This document shows positions 10,182 to 19,887 of a stretch of 64,000 bases of DNA, piece after piece (within the stretch, counting starts at the first letter, position 1; the number at the start of each line of letters is the position of its first letter). Source of the DNA: Flavobacteriales bacterium. GTDB taxonomy: Bacteria > Bacteroidota > Bacteroidia > Flavobacteriales_D > Sanyastnellaceae. The notes beneath the pieces are model-generated. The model was not told the origin of the DNA. It ran no database searches and saw only the letters and a program-made list of their open reading frames with translations. Location of the stretch: the NCBI GenBank assembly GCA_031417525.1, contig JANOVT010000332.1:19365-83364 (forward strand), written 5' to 3'. The position numbers and the translations under genes were made by a program.

Positions 10182-12125
10182 TCAGCCGATCAATGAAAGC
10201 TCTTCACCCGCCTTCTCCCATTGTTCCATCACATCATCGAGTTTGCTTTTCAACGATGCGTATTTGTCGATCTTTTCCTTGGCTTCTTCTTGTTTTGAAT
10301 AATCGAGTGAAGCAATGACTTCATCCATGGACTTTATTTCCGCTTCAAGTGTTTCGATTTCCTTCTCACACTTTTGGATAGTCGTTTGCAATTTTTTCTT
10401 GTTCTTCTCCTTTTCACGCGCATCTTCCTTTGATTCAATCAAAACTGTTTTTGACTCAACAGCCGCTGCTTTTGGAACCTGAGTCACTACTTTATTCTTT
10501 TCAAAAAGAGCAATAGACTCAGCTTTCTTTTCACGCAGGAATTCCAGCACATCACCCGGCCAAACGCGCAAACGATCGGGTTGGATTTCATAAACAATCG
10601 AAGTGAGTCCGTGTAGAAAATCCCTGTCGTGACTTACCACCAGCAATGTTCCGTCGAATCGCTGCAATGCCTGTTTTAACACATCTTTCGAAGCGAGGTC
10701 CAGGTGATTGGTAGGTTCATCCATCACCAGAAAATTGTATGGTTGCAGAAGAAGTTTACACAATGCAAGACGTGCCTTTTCACCACCACTCAACACCTTT
10801 ACTTTTTTATCGACGTTATCGCCACTGAAAAGAAACGCACCCAACAAGGAGCGAACACTTTTCCTGATTTCTCCAACAGCTTCATCGTCGATGGTTTCAA
10901 AAACTGTTTTGTTGCCATCTAGTTCATCGGCCTGATTCTGGGCGTAGTATCCAACCTTGACGCTATATCCTGGTGTGAATTCACCTTCGTGTGCTTCACT
11001 CCGCATAATCATTCTTACCAGCGTACTTTTTCCTGCACCATTTTTTCCAACGAGAGCAATCTTTTCGCCACGCGCAATGAGCACGTCTACTCCACTGAAT
11101 AGTCTCAAGTGGCCGTATGCTTTGCCCAATGCCTTTCCTTCCAGAATAATTTTGCCGGCATGTGGTGCTGGAGGAAAACTGATCTTCACTTTGGTGCCAT
11201 CGATGTCGTCGACTTCAATACGATCCAGTTTTTCCAGCTTTCGGATCAGGGTTTGTGCAAACGCTGCCTTGTCTTTTTTAGCACGGAACTTATCGATCAG
11301 TTTTTGAGTATCCTCCACATACTTCTGCTGGTTTTTCGCTGCCTGTTCCTGACGTTCAATTTCCTCTTCACGCTGAACGATGTATTTCGAATAAGAGAAT
11401 TTGTAGTCATACACCTTCGCCTTCGAAATCTCAATCGTTCTGGTTGTGACATTATCGAGGAAAGTCCTGTCGTGAGAAATCAAGACAATCGCACCGGGAT
11501 ATTCTTTTAGAAAATCTTCAAGCCATTCGATGCTCTCGATGTCCAGATGATTGGTAGGCTCATCGAGCAGAAGCAAATCCGGATTTTGAAGGAGGATTTT
11601 TCCAAGCTCAACGCGCATTTTCCAACCACCGCTGAATTCCTCCATCTGGCGATTCATGTCAGAAGACTGAAAGCCCAGACCTTTCAAAACTTTTTCGATC
11701 TTTTCTTCGAGATTTCCACTTCCAAGCAATTCCAGGCGATGCGCAGCATCTTCCAGTTGTTCCAGTTTTTTCGAATAATCGTCGCTGGTATAGTCGTGGT
11801 GATCACTAATTGCAACGGTCAGCTCCTCCAATCTTTCTCTCAGATGCTGTACTTCTTTAAAAGCAGTAGAAGCTTCTTCATACACCGTGCTGTGATCGTT
11901 GTGCTTCATTTCCTGTGGGAGATAGCCCACAGTGGTGCCTCTTGCAAGGGCTATGCTTCCTTCTGTCGGGGTTTGAATCCCCGCAAGCGTCTTCAACAAA
12001 GTAGACTTACCTGCGCCATTTTTACCCACAAGACCAATACGATCACGAGGTCCAATGAAGAAACCAATCCTGGTGAATAATTCACGAGAACCAAAATGAA
12101 TACTGAGATTTCCTACTGTTACCAT
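10182..12125 (-). CDS. ABC-F family ATPase (two ABC domains, C-terminal coiled coil; Uup/YheS-like)
   Basis: Two Walker A motifs (GKNGAGKST twice), two LSGG signatures (FSGGWKMR, LSGGEKAR), no TM segments, and a K/E-rich C-terminal helix. The start is set at ATG 12125 (MVTVGNLSIHFG), the typical ABC-F N-terminus. Confidence 0.9.
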   Translation of the reverse strand: MVTVGNLSIHFGSRELFTRIGFFIGPRDRIGLVGKNGAGKSTLLKTLAGIQTPTEGSIALARGTTVGYLPQEMKHNDHSTVYEEASTAFKEVQHLRERLEELTVAISDHHDYTSDDYSKKLEQLEDAAHRLELLGSGNLEEKIEKVLKGLGFQSSDMNRQMEEFSGGWKMRVELGKILLQNPDLLLLDEPTNHLDIESIEWLEDFLKEYPGAIVLISHDRTFLDNVTTRTIEISKAKVYDYKFSYSKYIVQREEEIERQEQAAKNQQKYVEDTQKLIDKFRAKKDKAAFAQTLIRKLEKLDRIEVDDIDGTKVKISFPPAPHAGKIILEGKALGKAYGHLRLFSGVDVLIARGEKIALVGKNGAGKSTLVRMIMRSEAHEGEFTPGYSVKVGYYAQNQADELDGNKTVFETIDDEAVGEIRKSVRSLLGAFLFSGDNVDKKVKVLSGGEKARLALCKLLLQPYNFLVMDEPTNHLDLASKDVLKQALQRFDGTLLVVSHDRDFLHGLTSIVYEIQPDRLRVWPGDVLEFLREKKAESIALFEKNKVVTQVPKAAAVESKTVLIESKEDAREKEKNKKKLQTTIQKCEKEIETLEAEIKSMDEVIASLDYSKQEEAKEKIDKYASLKSKLDDVMEQWEKAGEELSLIG

Positions 12126-12142
12126 GCTTAAAAATGCGGGTG

Positions 12143-12150
12143 CAAAAGTA
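12143..12150 (-). promoter_or_regulatory. Candidate Bacteroidota -7 promoter box TACTTTTG for the ABC-F gene
   Basis: Perfect TAnnTTTG on the minus strand, 17 nt upstream of ATG 12125. No good -33 TTTG was seen. Confidence 0.3.
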
Positions 12151-12219
12151 GTTCGTAGATCAGGGAATTCATGCATCTTTTCTGATGAGGACGCAAAGGC
12201 TGATTCGGCGGTAGAGTTT

Positions 12220-12310
12220 CAGAAGTCAGAGGACAGAAGTCAGAAGACAGAAGTCAGAAGACAGAAGACTGAGGTCAGAAAACAGAGGTAAGAGGTAAGA
12301 GTTCAGAACC
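12220..12310. repeat. Degenerate 7-nt tandem array, 13 units of CAGARGW type
   Basis: Read directly: cagaagt cagagga cagaagt cagaaga cagaagt cagaaga cagaaga ctgaggt cagaaaa cagaggt aagaggt aagagtt cagaacc. Purine-rich on the plus strand. Confidence 0.85.
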
Positions 12311-12314
12311 CCAC

Positions 12315-12344
12315 AAAAAAAACGCCCTCCAAAAGGAAGGCGTC
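12315..12344 (-). terminator. Rho-independent terminator after gldN
   Basis: On the minus strand, a 9-bp stem acgccuucc/ggagggcgu (one G-U pair) with a uuuu loop, followed by a run of 8 U. It begins 23 nt after the gldN stop. Confidence 0.8.
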
Positions 12345-12366
12345 TTTTAATATTATGAAATTCTTT

Positions 12367-13221
12367 TTAGAAATGCCACACATCATGTTCCATGATGAAG
12401 AGTTCGTTTTTGATCCGTTCGCTTTCCATCAACGCATCCAAACCCTTCCAGGTTGGGTCAATGGAACGATTGTATACGTTGTCTTCTTTCACGACATAGC
12501 CTTGAAACATACGCATCTGGAATAACTGATCGAAAGTCATCTGCTGCGAGTTGTTGTGGGTATTGAATACGTCATAGTTGTTGAAGATGTAACGACACTC
12601 CGGATAGTATAGCCAGAACAACTCCTTTTTACCTTTCACCTCACCGGTTTCAGAATAACGAAGTGTAATTGGTGCAATACCTATAATGCGCACATATCGC
12701 TCTGAACGTTGCTTATCAAAGATCCAATCCTCTTTCAGCTTATAGGCAACCACGTCTTTCGAAGTCACTTCTTCCACCGAACGAACCTCTTCCTTTTCAC
12801 CCGTATCCAAGTTATCGCGATAACGAAGAACAACTGGTTTCAACATAGAGTCCAGTTCCGTTTGACCAAGTGCGTAACGAAATTCATCATCATCCTGAGT
12901 TGGACCGAGACCATAGGCCGTGATAGAACCTTGTTCCAGCAAACCAATTCGCATCACGTCAAAAAGACTCTTGCGGTTTTCCAATTCATCAATTGGAAAA
13001 TACAATGGATGATTGATTTTCTGTTTGAGGTCAATTACTTGCCAGATACGCCGTGCCCACATTACATCCGCTTCACGCAGATATGGGTACGCGATCACTT
13101 TCCTGGTAGGATTGTGTTCACGAACGTAAGCACCATCCAGCACAGTCTGGGTTTGTGAGAAGCCGGTGAAGGCTGTCATCACACAACAGAGGAATAGCAG
13201 AAAACGACTTTTACGATTCAT
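12367..13221 (-). CDS. gldN: Gliding motility / T9SS periplasmic ring protein GldN (PorN)
   Basis: 284 aa with a signal peptide. Last gene of the gldKLMN order, with typical GldN length and sequence character. Confidence 0.85.
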   Translation of the reverse strand: MNRKSRFLLFLCCVMTAFTGFSQTQTVLDGAYVREHNPTRKVIAYPYLREADVMWARRIWQVIDLKQKINHPLYFPIDELENRKSLFDVMRIGLLEQGSITAYGLGPTQDDDEFRYALGQTELDSMLKPVVLRYRDNLDTGEKEEVRSVEEVTSKDVVAYKLKEDWIFDKQRSERYVRIIGIAPITLRYSETGEVKGKKELFWLYYPECRYIFNNYDVFNTHNNSQQMTFDQLFQMRMFQGYVVKEDNVYNRSIDPTWKGLDALMESERIKNELFIMEHDVWHF

Positions 13222-13233
13222 GATATTGTGTTT

Positions 13234-14949
13234 TTACATCAGTTTCAATGTGATCGGAGCGAGCTTTCTTTCAGTACCATCAGGCATTTTACACATAATC
13301 TGCTCAATGAACACTTTCTCACCCTTTTTCATCTTTTTAATGGCACCACTTGCATCATCTGAAATCTTATTGCTGGTGCAGGCGTACTCTTTATACTGAC
13401 CATTGCTCACCATAGATACAATAAATTTCGTTACAGAAGCAGTCACCGGAAAGTCAAAACCTTCCATTTCCGCTCTCACACCGGCTGCCACTGCAGCATC
13501 TCCTTGCGGAATGGTGCTATCGTATGGCTTCTTACCACCGAACGAAGGAATTGGGTCAGGTATTCTCTTGATACGGAATTTTTTCGCAGGCATTGCGATA
13601 TCCTTTCCATTTACCGTTGCCGTGACACGAATCAAAGCTTCTTTAGCTTCGCTTGGCTTAACGTTGAATGTGCCGTCGCCAGCCGGACCGGAAATACTTC
13701 CACCATCCATAGAAACTTTGAGCGCACGACTATCGACACCAGGAACTGAAATTTCTACCGGATTATCAAGACCACGGTAAAAAACGTTCATGTTCACGGG
13801 AGAAACAACCAATGCAGGTGTTCCAACTGTGATTGGCGGGAGATAGTAGTTAAGGAATTCCTCTTTACCATCTTTCAGAAAACTGATTTGTCCTTTGAAT
13901 TGGTGTTGTCCAAGCGGCAAACCACCGGTGTTCACTTTAAACAACGCTTTACCATTTGATTCAGAAAGGATTCCTTCGCCACTGGCACCGGGACCTATTT
14001 CTGTTTCACTTGGCATAGGTCCAGTGTATTCTCCTCCGGGATAAATTTTCGTCGTACTATTCTTGTTGTAAGCAGCAAGATAGATTTCAGCCACAAATTC
14101 ATCACCCTGAAGAACGTAAGAAGTCAATGGAACTGCAGCAACAGCGACATCCGTAAATTTAATATCTGTTGCGTTGATACTTCCCTGCAACCATGAAAGT
14201 ATCTGCGCCTGCGTGTTCATGACGCTAGTTTGCAACATACTCATAGTGGCAATACAAGCGGCCAGTGGCGTATCATGGAATCGGTTAACCTCCCAAGGTT
14301 CAATTTTGTCATCAAGATCTTTCTCTTCACCAAAGTGAAAAGCGCTATCGATGCTGGCAACGATATCCATCGGAAGGGCAACCTCTTTTTGGCCAATATT
14401 TGTTACCTTGATATTGCGCATGAACTGAGCATACTCTTCCAATTTCTTTTTTAGTGTATTTCCGCTCCACTCATCCTGTTTAGGTTCGTGTGGTTTAGAA
14501 CCGATCAAAAATCCGGTAGCGTTCGTATTCTCATCGGGCTTGGTGACCTTTTCCTTACCTGTAGGAGACAACATGTCCAAAGCCTTGTTATTCTCCATGA
14601 ATTCTTCAAAACCGTCTCCGGTTTTGTTGCCCTTCATGGAAGCAGCCATGGTACGTGCCTTGAGCTCCTCCAAATACTTTTCAATCTCCTGAGTTTTTGA
14701 CATCACCTCCGTACCTTTCTGTTGAAAAGGCACAGCCTTCTCGGCATCTTCAGGTTTTGGAGAATTCAACGCAGCCAGTGAGGCAGCTGCCTTACTGTTC
14801 AGAATTTCAGATGTTTTGATCTGAGTTCTGTTGATCTGCAAAAACGCATTCAATACGTCTTTGGAGATATTCATTGCAAGAAGAGCGGTGAGTACGAGGT
14901 ACATCATACCGATCATCTTCTGTCTGGGGGTTTCTTTTCCGCCTGCCAT
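13234..14949 (-). CDS. gldM: Gliding motility / T9SS motor-associated protein GldM (PorM)
   Basis: 571 aa. N-terminus MAGGKETPRQKMIGMMYLVLTALLAMN is the characteristic GldM single-TM start, followed by a long periplasmic region. Confidence 0.9.
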   Translation of the reverse strand: MAGGKETPRQKMIGMMYLVLTALLAMNISKDVLNAFLQINRTQIKTSEILNSKAAASLAALNSPKPEDAEKAVPFQQKGTEVMSKTQEIEKYLEELKARTMAASMKGNKTGDGFEEFMENNKALDMLSPTGKEKVTKPDENTNATGFLIGSKPHEPKQDEWSGNTLKKKLEEYAQFMRNIKVTNIGQKEVALPMDIVASIDSAFHFGEEKDLDDKIEPWEVNRFHDTPLAACIATMSMLQTSVMNTQAQILSWLQGSINATDIKFTDVAVAAVPLTSYVLQGDEFVAEIYLAAYNKNSTTKIYPGGEYTGPMPSETEIGPGASGEGILSESNGKALFKVNTGGLPLGQHQFKGQISFLKDGKEEFLNYYLPPITVGTPALVVSPVNMNVFYRGLDNPVEISVPGVDSRALKVSMDGGSISGPAGDGTFNVKPSEAKEALIRVTATVNGKDIAMPAKKFRIKRIPDPIPSFGGKKPYDSTIPQGDAAVAAGVRAEMEGFDFPVTASVTKFIVSMVSNGQYKEYACTSNKISDDASGAIKKMKKGEKVFIEQIMCKMPDGTERKLAPITLKLM

Positions 14950-15014
14950 TTTCCTGTGGTTTTAAAAAATTAATGTTGGTTTGATACTCTACAGAGCAGC
15001 AGTAAACATTTGAT

Positions 15015-15833
15015 TTATTGGCGGGCAGTGCCCATTGCATTCAGCATATTGCTATATACCGTATTCAATGTTTTGAGATTACGAGACAATTCGGCGATAT
15101 TATCTTTGTATGCCTTAGTATCTTCCACAGAATCTGCGAGATTTTTAACCAGTTCGTTCATGTCGCCATAAAGTGATTTGGTTTTCTCCATTTCCTGAAG
15201 TTGAAGTTCATACATTCCATTCAAAGAGTGCATGTTTTCGGACATTTTCTGCAAAGCAGTACCAACAGCAGCGCCATCTTTTGCGTGATCGGTCAGACCG
15301 GTCAATGTTTCAGAAGCCGCAGCGTATGTATCTGCGAGTGTCGTCACTTTAGCAGAAGCACCTTTCAACGATTCTGCATATTCTTTAGATGCAGTGCCAG
15401 GGCTGGTAATATCAGACAGGTCCTTCGCCTGAGAGCTGAAAGAACGCATACCATCACCAAGACTGGCGATAAGTTCAGGTTCAATCTTGGCTTCGGCCAG
15501 CATATTGTCCAGTTGTGCTGTAAGGCCGGAACTTCCGCCTCCGCCGGCGCCTAACTGAGATTTTTTCGACTTGTTTTGTTCTTTCAAAGACAGCTTAGCC
15601 TCATCCGGCAGACCAAGCTCAGGATAAACGAGAGACCAATCCGGCTCTTCATGCAGAGGCTCAAAAGCCGAGAAGAAGAAGATCAACGCTTCGGTTCCAA
15701 GTCCAGCGACAAGACACGCAGAGGCGCCAGGCCAGTGCTGAATCTTAAACAGTGCACCAATAATTACAACGGCTGCTCCAATACCGTAGAGCTTTGCCAT
15801 AAACTTTTTCCAGGCCTTACTTCCAGGTTTCAT
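15015..15833 (-). CDS. gldL: Gliding motility / T9SS motor protein GldL (PorL)
   Basis: 272 aa. Two N-terminal TM helices (LYGIGAAVVIIGALFKIQHWPGA...) followed by a cytoplasmic helical domain. Position between gldK and gldM. Confidence 0.9.
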   Translation of the reverse strand: MKPGSKAWKKFMAKLYGIGAAVVIIGALFKIQHWPGASACLVAGLGTEALIFFFSAFEPLHEEPDWSLVYPELGLPDEAKLSLKEQNKSKKSQLGAGGGGSSGLTAQLDNMLAEAKIEPELIASLGDGMRSFSSQAKDLSDITSPGTASKEYAESLKGASAKVTTLADTYAAASETLTGLTDHAKDGAAVGTALQKMSENMHSLNGMYELQLQEMEKTKSLYGDMNELVKNLADSVEDTKAYKDNIAELSRNLKTLNTVYSNMLNAMGTARQ

Positions 15834-15884
15834 AATTTTCTAAACGCTTGTTAGGGTTAATAAAAATTGAATTGATTGATTTGA

Positions 15885-17255
15885 TTACTCGTTAAAGTCT
15901 TCAGCTGCAACATTCTTTCCGCGACCGAGATAGCTCATCACACAACGGAAACCGATGTATGATTTTGCAGTATCCTGATATTCGTAAGAGCGCGTGCCCG
16001 TCTGAATAAAATACCCGATGTCTTTCCAGGATCCACCGCGTATTACTTTACGTTTCATGCTTGGAGGATCATCCACTTGTGCGCGGTATTGATACTCCGG
16101 ACTCATATCATGAGTGAATTCGTATACAGATTCGTCGTATGCTGTGTTTGTCCATTCTGCCACGTTACCTGACATACACCATAAACCGTAATCGTTCGCA
16201 GAATAAGATTCGATTGGCACAGTATAACAACCATTGTCTTCAACATAGTCACCTCTCATAGGCTTGAAGTTTGCCAGCGGACATCCCAGATTGTTACGGA
16301 TGTAAGGACCTCCCCAAGGATATGGCGCCAATTCCAGTCCGCCACGTGAAGCATACTCCCATTCTGCCTCAGAAGGAAGGCGAAAGCGCTGCACGAAAGT
16401 GTTTCCATTAGCATGATAAGCTTCATTAAGTATCTGAGTTCTCCATGCACAGAAAGCCTGAGCCTGACCCCATGTCACTCCGACTACAGGATAATCGTCA
16501 TAAGCCGGATGCCAGAAATAATTTTCTGTCAAGGGCTCATTGAAACCATAGGTGAAATCATGCACCCAACACAACGTGTCAGGGTAGACATTAATTTGTT
16601 CTTCGATAATGAATTGAGCTCTATCGCTATGGCCACGAATCGAATGAAGCTGGTTCAAAGAGTTGAGTTCACCGTATTCTTCATCCTTTCCGGCCTTCAC
16701 AGATGCACTGTTGTAGTCAATCCACCAATATCGATATTTCAATTTGCGCGTATCAACCTCCAGGCGGTCATAGAATTTATCTTGGCCCTGCAGAAAGTAT
16801 TCATTGAAGATGTTTTCAAAAACATCCTCATTTTCCATATCTATCGGCTCCTCCCAGTTTAGGACATAACCTTTATTGACAAATACTTCCCAGTCACGAC
16901 CATCTTCACGATCTTCCAGCTTATAGCCTTCAACATCTGCATTTGCCAGGAAGTCGCGCATGAGCGAGTCACGCACGTAGTCAACGAACTGACGATATTC
17001 GTTGTTGGAAATTTCCGTTTGGTCAATGTAGAACGCTGGGATAGTAACAGTTTTCGATTTGTTGTTGAGTGCATATGGAACGTCTTCATCACTTGGGCCC
17101 ATAGTATAGGACCCAAAATGGATGTAATTCATTCCATAGGGGTTCATCTGTTCCCATTCCACACGAGGATAGGAACCGACGAGTTCACCGTCTGGTACCA
17201 TGGTACAACTGGCGAATGCAACAGAAACGATTAAATACAGAAACGACTTTTTCAT
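15885..17255 (-). CDS. gldK: Gliding motility / T9SS lipoprotein GldK (PorK), FGE-sulfatase fold
   Basis: 456 aa. Lipoprotein signal (VAFASC) and formylglycine-generating-enzyme-like motifs (RLPSEAEWEYA, RGGSW, GFRCV). Confidence 0.9.
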   Translation of the reverse strand: MKKSFLYLIVSVAFASCTMVPDGELVGSYPRVEWEQMNPYGMNYIHFGSYTMGPSDEDVPYALNNKSKTVTIPAFYIDQTEISNNEYRQFVDYVRDSLMRDFLANADVEGYKLEDREDGRDWEVFVNKGYVLNWEEPIDMENEDVFENIFNEYFLQGQDKFYDRLEVDTRKLKYRYWWIDYNSASVKAGKDEEYGELNSLNQLHSIRGHSDRAQFIIEEQINVYPDTLCWVHDFTYGFNEPLTENYFWHPAYDDYPVVGVTWGQAQAFCAWRTQILNEAYHANGNTFVQRFRLPSEAEWEYASRGGLELAPYPWGGPYIRNNLGCPLANFKPMRGDYVEDNGCYTVPIESYSANDYGLWCMSGNVAEWTNTAYDESVYEFTHDMSPEYQYRAQVDDPPSMKRKVIRGGSWKDIGYFIQTGTRSYEYQDTAKSYIGFRCVMSYLGRGKNVAAEDFNE

Positions 17256-17397
17256 GATTTCCTTCTTTTAGTAAACAATCTACACTTGGTCTTCGGTTAG
17301 GGTTGGTTATTACTAAAAATTTGTTTTCTCTTAATACACAAAGCAGGTTAGGAAATAAACATAAACGAAACTATAACTAAAGAGGTTACAAAATATT

Positions 17398-18348
17398 TTA
17401 CAGGAACCTCGGATTACTGTGTCGGGCACGAATTGGAATTTCGCTAAATCCAATACAATAGGTCAAAAAGATCTCGTGTGATCCAGCCGAATAGTCTTTG
17501 ATGTCAGAAGTTGTTACATCATAAGAATATCCGATTTTAAGACCATGCTCAGCTCTGCCAGTCAGGGTTTCAATTGGTGAGAACATTGTCTGGAAACCTA
17601 CATAAGGCGAGATCGCATCTTGTGGACGGAAAGAAACACCAGCCCACAGCATTTTGTTCCATAAGACGTCCGCATTTAAATCAAACTGAGTTGCTGCAAA
17701 ATCAGACTTCACCAATACGTTTGGTCGCAATGCAAAATCACTACCCATCGGAAATTGGTATCCACCCATGAAATAATAATGACGTGCCACTTTGATGTTC
17801 AACTGTTTCAAATCCGCAGAATTCAAGTGAGTAGATGATAGACCTACATAGTACTTATTCTTTTGGTAAAGTGTAAGTCCGAGCCCTATGTCACTAACGC
17901 TCTGAGAGGTTTCTGAAGAAGGAATCGTTGGATCACCGGCATCAATAAAAACCCAGTTTGAACCGAGTTTACTTTGTACCATGCCGATAGATAAACCAGC
18001 CGAAAAGAAATTTCCATTGCCAATAGAAGCATGATAAGCTCCAGCCACTCGGAAAATCGTATTGGTTTGTTGACCCAAAACTTCTGTGTAGAATGTAGCA
18101 CCGCCGCCAATATTCTTCTGCGGACCGAATGCACCTTGATAATTTACAAGATATGTTTTTGGATCATGGTCAAGACCATCCCACTGATCTCTGTGGAATA
18201 TAGAAAGACAATGAGTGCCTTCTGTTCCAACCACTGCAGGGTTGAAAGATTGACGATCAAATTGCCACTGCGTATACTGAGGATCCTGTTGCGCAATCGT
18301 GACTAGAGTAAGAGTAGCTAAAGCAAAAGATAGTAGAAACTTCTTCAT
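17398..18348 (-). CDS. porP: PorP/SprF family T9SS outer-membrane protein
   Basis: Start set at ATG 18348 (MKKFLLSFALATLTLVTIAQQDPQYTQW), the typical PorP/SprF N-terminus. Ends in a beta-barrel-like ...NPRFL. Lies immediately upstream of gldK, as in the porPKLMN order. Confidence 0.8.
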   Translation of the reverse strand: MKKFLLSFALATLTLVTIAQQDPQYTQWQFDRQSFNPAVVGTEGTHCLSIFHRDQWDGLDHDPKTYLVNYQGAFGPQKNIGGGATFYTEVLGQQTNTIFRVAGAYHASIGNGNFFSAGLSIGMVQSKLGSNWVFIDAGDPTIPSSETSQSVSDIGLGLTLYQKNKYYVGLSSTHLNSADLKQLNIKVARHYYFMGGYQFPMGSDFALRPNVLVKSDFAATQFDLNADVLWNKMLWAGVSFRPQDAISPYVGFQTMFSPIETLTGRAEHGLKIGYSYDVTTSDIKDYSAGSHEIFLTYCIGFSEIPIRARHSNPRFL

Positions 18349-18404
18349 ACACTGATGGTGGTTGTTAAGCTGTTTTTGGTTTCGCTGACGATTTTGGAAA
18401 GTGG

Positions 18405-18434
18405 CTAAAGTAGATGTTTTTTCCACAGTACAAA
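18405..18434 (-). promoter_or_regulatory. Candidate promoter for porP-gldKLMN (-33 TTTG / -7 TACTTTAG)
   Basis: On the minus strand: TTTG, an 18-nt spacer, then TACTTTAG (one mismatch to TAnnTTTG). The -7 box lies 56 nt upstream of the porP ATG. Confidence 0.3.
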
Positions 18435-18512
18435 AAAAATTTCGACAAGAGGCTTGGATGGGCAACAAAATCCCCATCCTATTCGACTGTTTTTCAAACC
18501 GCTAATGGCCTG

Positions 18513-19679
18513 TCAGACTAATTTTTGATATGTCTTCCACCAGCGGTCTGGCATCTCCTCATTGGTTGCCTGCTGGTATTCTTCGTATGTACACGGCACC
18601 AGATGGTGCCGCTCATACTTGTTTTCCTGTCCGGTTGGATAAGGAACATCCATCCACCAGCGGTCACTTTTATCACTTTTATAGAAAACCAACTCATGAC
18701 CATCATTCAAAAGAGGAACGATGTATTTGAAATATTCCGAGTAATCACCGACAGGATAGTCTTTCTTGCGTTGAGCAAAACCTTCCACAAAACACCAGAT
18801 CATTTGTGCTGCAAGATGCGCAGTCTGTCCATCCCGATCACATTCTGGATTATACTCATAGATACCAAATGAAGAAAGTTTGTCGCTCATACCGGCGTAT
18901 CGACAGAGCTGCGCTGCCTGATCACCATAAAATCCGTTAGGTCCGGCATAAGCACAACCGGGAGCTTCACTTTGACGTATCGATGCGATGTCGATAGAAA
19001 GAATATCTGCATTGCGGATGATGGGTTCTGTGCGCTGAAGAAAAGGCTGCATATCACCTAATCGGTGTGCATCGAAATACATATTCGACATCAGTTGAAG
19101 CAACTCCGGTTCTACCAAATATCTCTGATGACCGATGTTGGAATAGTTAAAGAGATAATTTGGTTTGTGCAGAATGATTTTATTGAGATAACTTTTAGAA
19201 GTCAGCTCATTCTCGTCTCGTCCGAAATCCAGACGATAGTCGATGGTAACAACATTCACAGTTTGTTCCATGTGTTGATAGGCCAGGTAGTTGGCATAAG
19301 TAAGATCCTGCGATCCACCAATGATGACTGGAACAATATTTTTTTTCAAAAGCAACTGACACGTTTCGTTCAATGCATAGTATGTATCATTGATTTCATT
19401 GCCGGCGTCGATGTTTCCCAGATCGATGATTTCGACTTTATCGTCTGAGACAAAAAGTTGGTACAAGTATTTGCGGATGACATCAGGACCGTTTGATGTT
19501 GCACTATTCAGCAAAGCACTGCGACCTTCATTGACACCGATGATAGCAATTCTTTTTCCTTCGAGTTCTTCCAGATCGCCGGTGAAAAATTGAACGTGGT
19601 GAAATAGTTGAGATGAATGAATTTCTTCAGGCAACAAATTCCTAAAGTCGCTCGATTTGAAAAAAACTGAAATGTCCAT
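18513..19679 (-). CDS. Arginase/formimidoylglutamase family (ureohydrolase fold) protein
   Basis: 388 aa with ureohydrolase-like metal-site context (IIGGSQD, DIASI...). Assigned by overall resemblance only. Confidence 0.6.
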   Translation of the reverse strand: MDISVFFKSSDFRNLLPEEIHSSQLFHHVQFFTGDLEELEGKRIAIIGVNEGRSALLNSATSNGPDVIRKYLYQLFVSDDKVEIIDLGNIDAGNEINDTYYALNETCQLLLKKNIVPVIIGGSQDLTYANYLAYQHMEQTVNVVTIDYRLDFGRDENELTSKSYLNKIILHKPNYLFNYSNIGHQRYLVEPELLQLMSNMYFDAHRLGDMQPFLQRTEPIIRNADILSIDIASIRQSEAPGCAYAGPNGFYGDQAAQLCRYAGMSDKLSSFGIYEYNPECDRDGQTAHLAAQMIWCFVEGFAQRKKDYPVGDYSEYFKYIVPLLNDGHELVFYKSDKSDRWWMDVPYPTGQENKYERHHLVPCTYEEYQQATNEEMPDRWWKTYQKLV

Positions 19680-19887
19680 GATGGCGAATTTCAGATTTGC
19701 CGATCATATTTTTAAAGAGATAGAAGAGAGTTGTTGAAAGGGGAATGTTGATTGCTGGCTGGGAGGCACTATCCCTTGCAAAGACGTTAAGGATTTGAGA
19801 TCGAAAAAGTTGTCAGAAAGAGAATGAGAACGGGAATGAGGAATTTTGAAATCGAAGTTCTGAGCTACACTCTCCTCATTCTCGCTA

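Noticed and set aside
12220-12310. CRISPR array interpretation of the short tandem arrays (also 4229-4391 and 30326-30389)
   Set aside because: The units are 7-8 nt with no intervening unique spacers, far below CRISPR repeat and spacer dimensions. No cas genes are present in the window.
17285-17312. Loose GGT-periodic segment (ggtcttc ggttagg gttggtt) in the porP-gldK spacer as another heptamer array
   Set aside because: There are only about three poorly phased units. This is not distinguishable from chance by eye.
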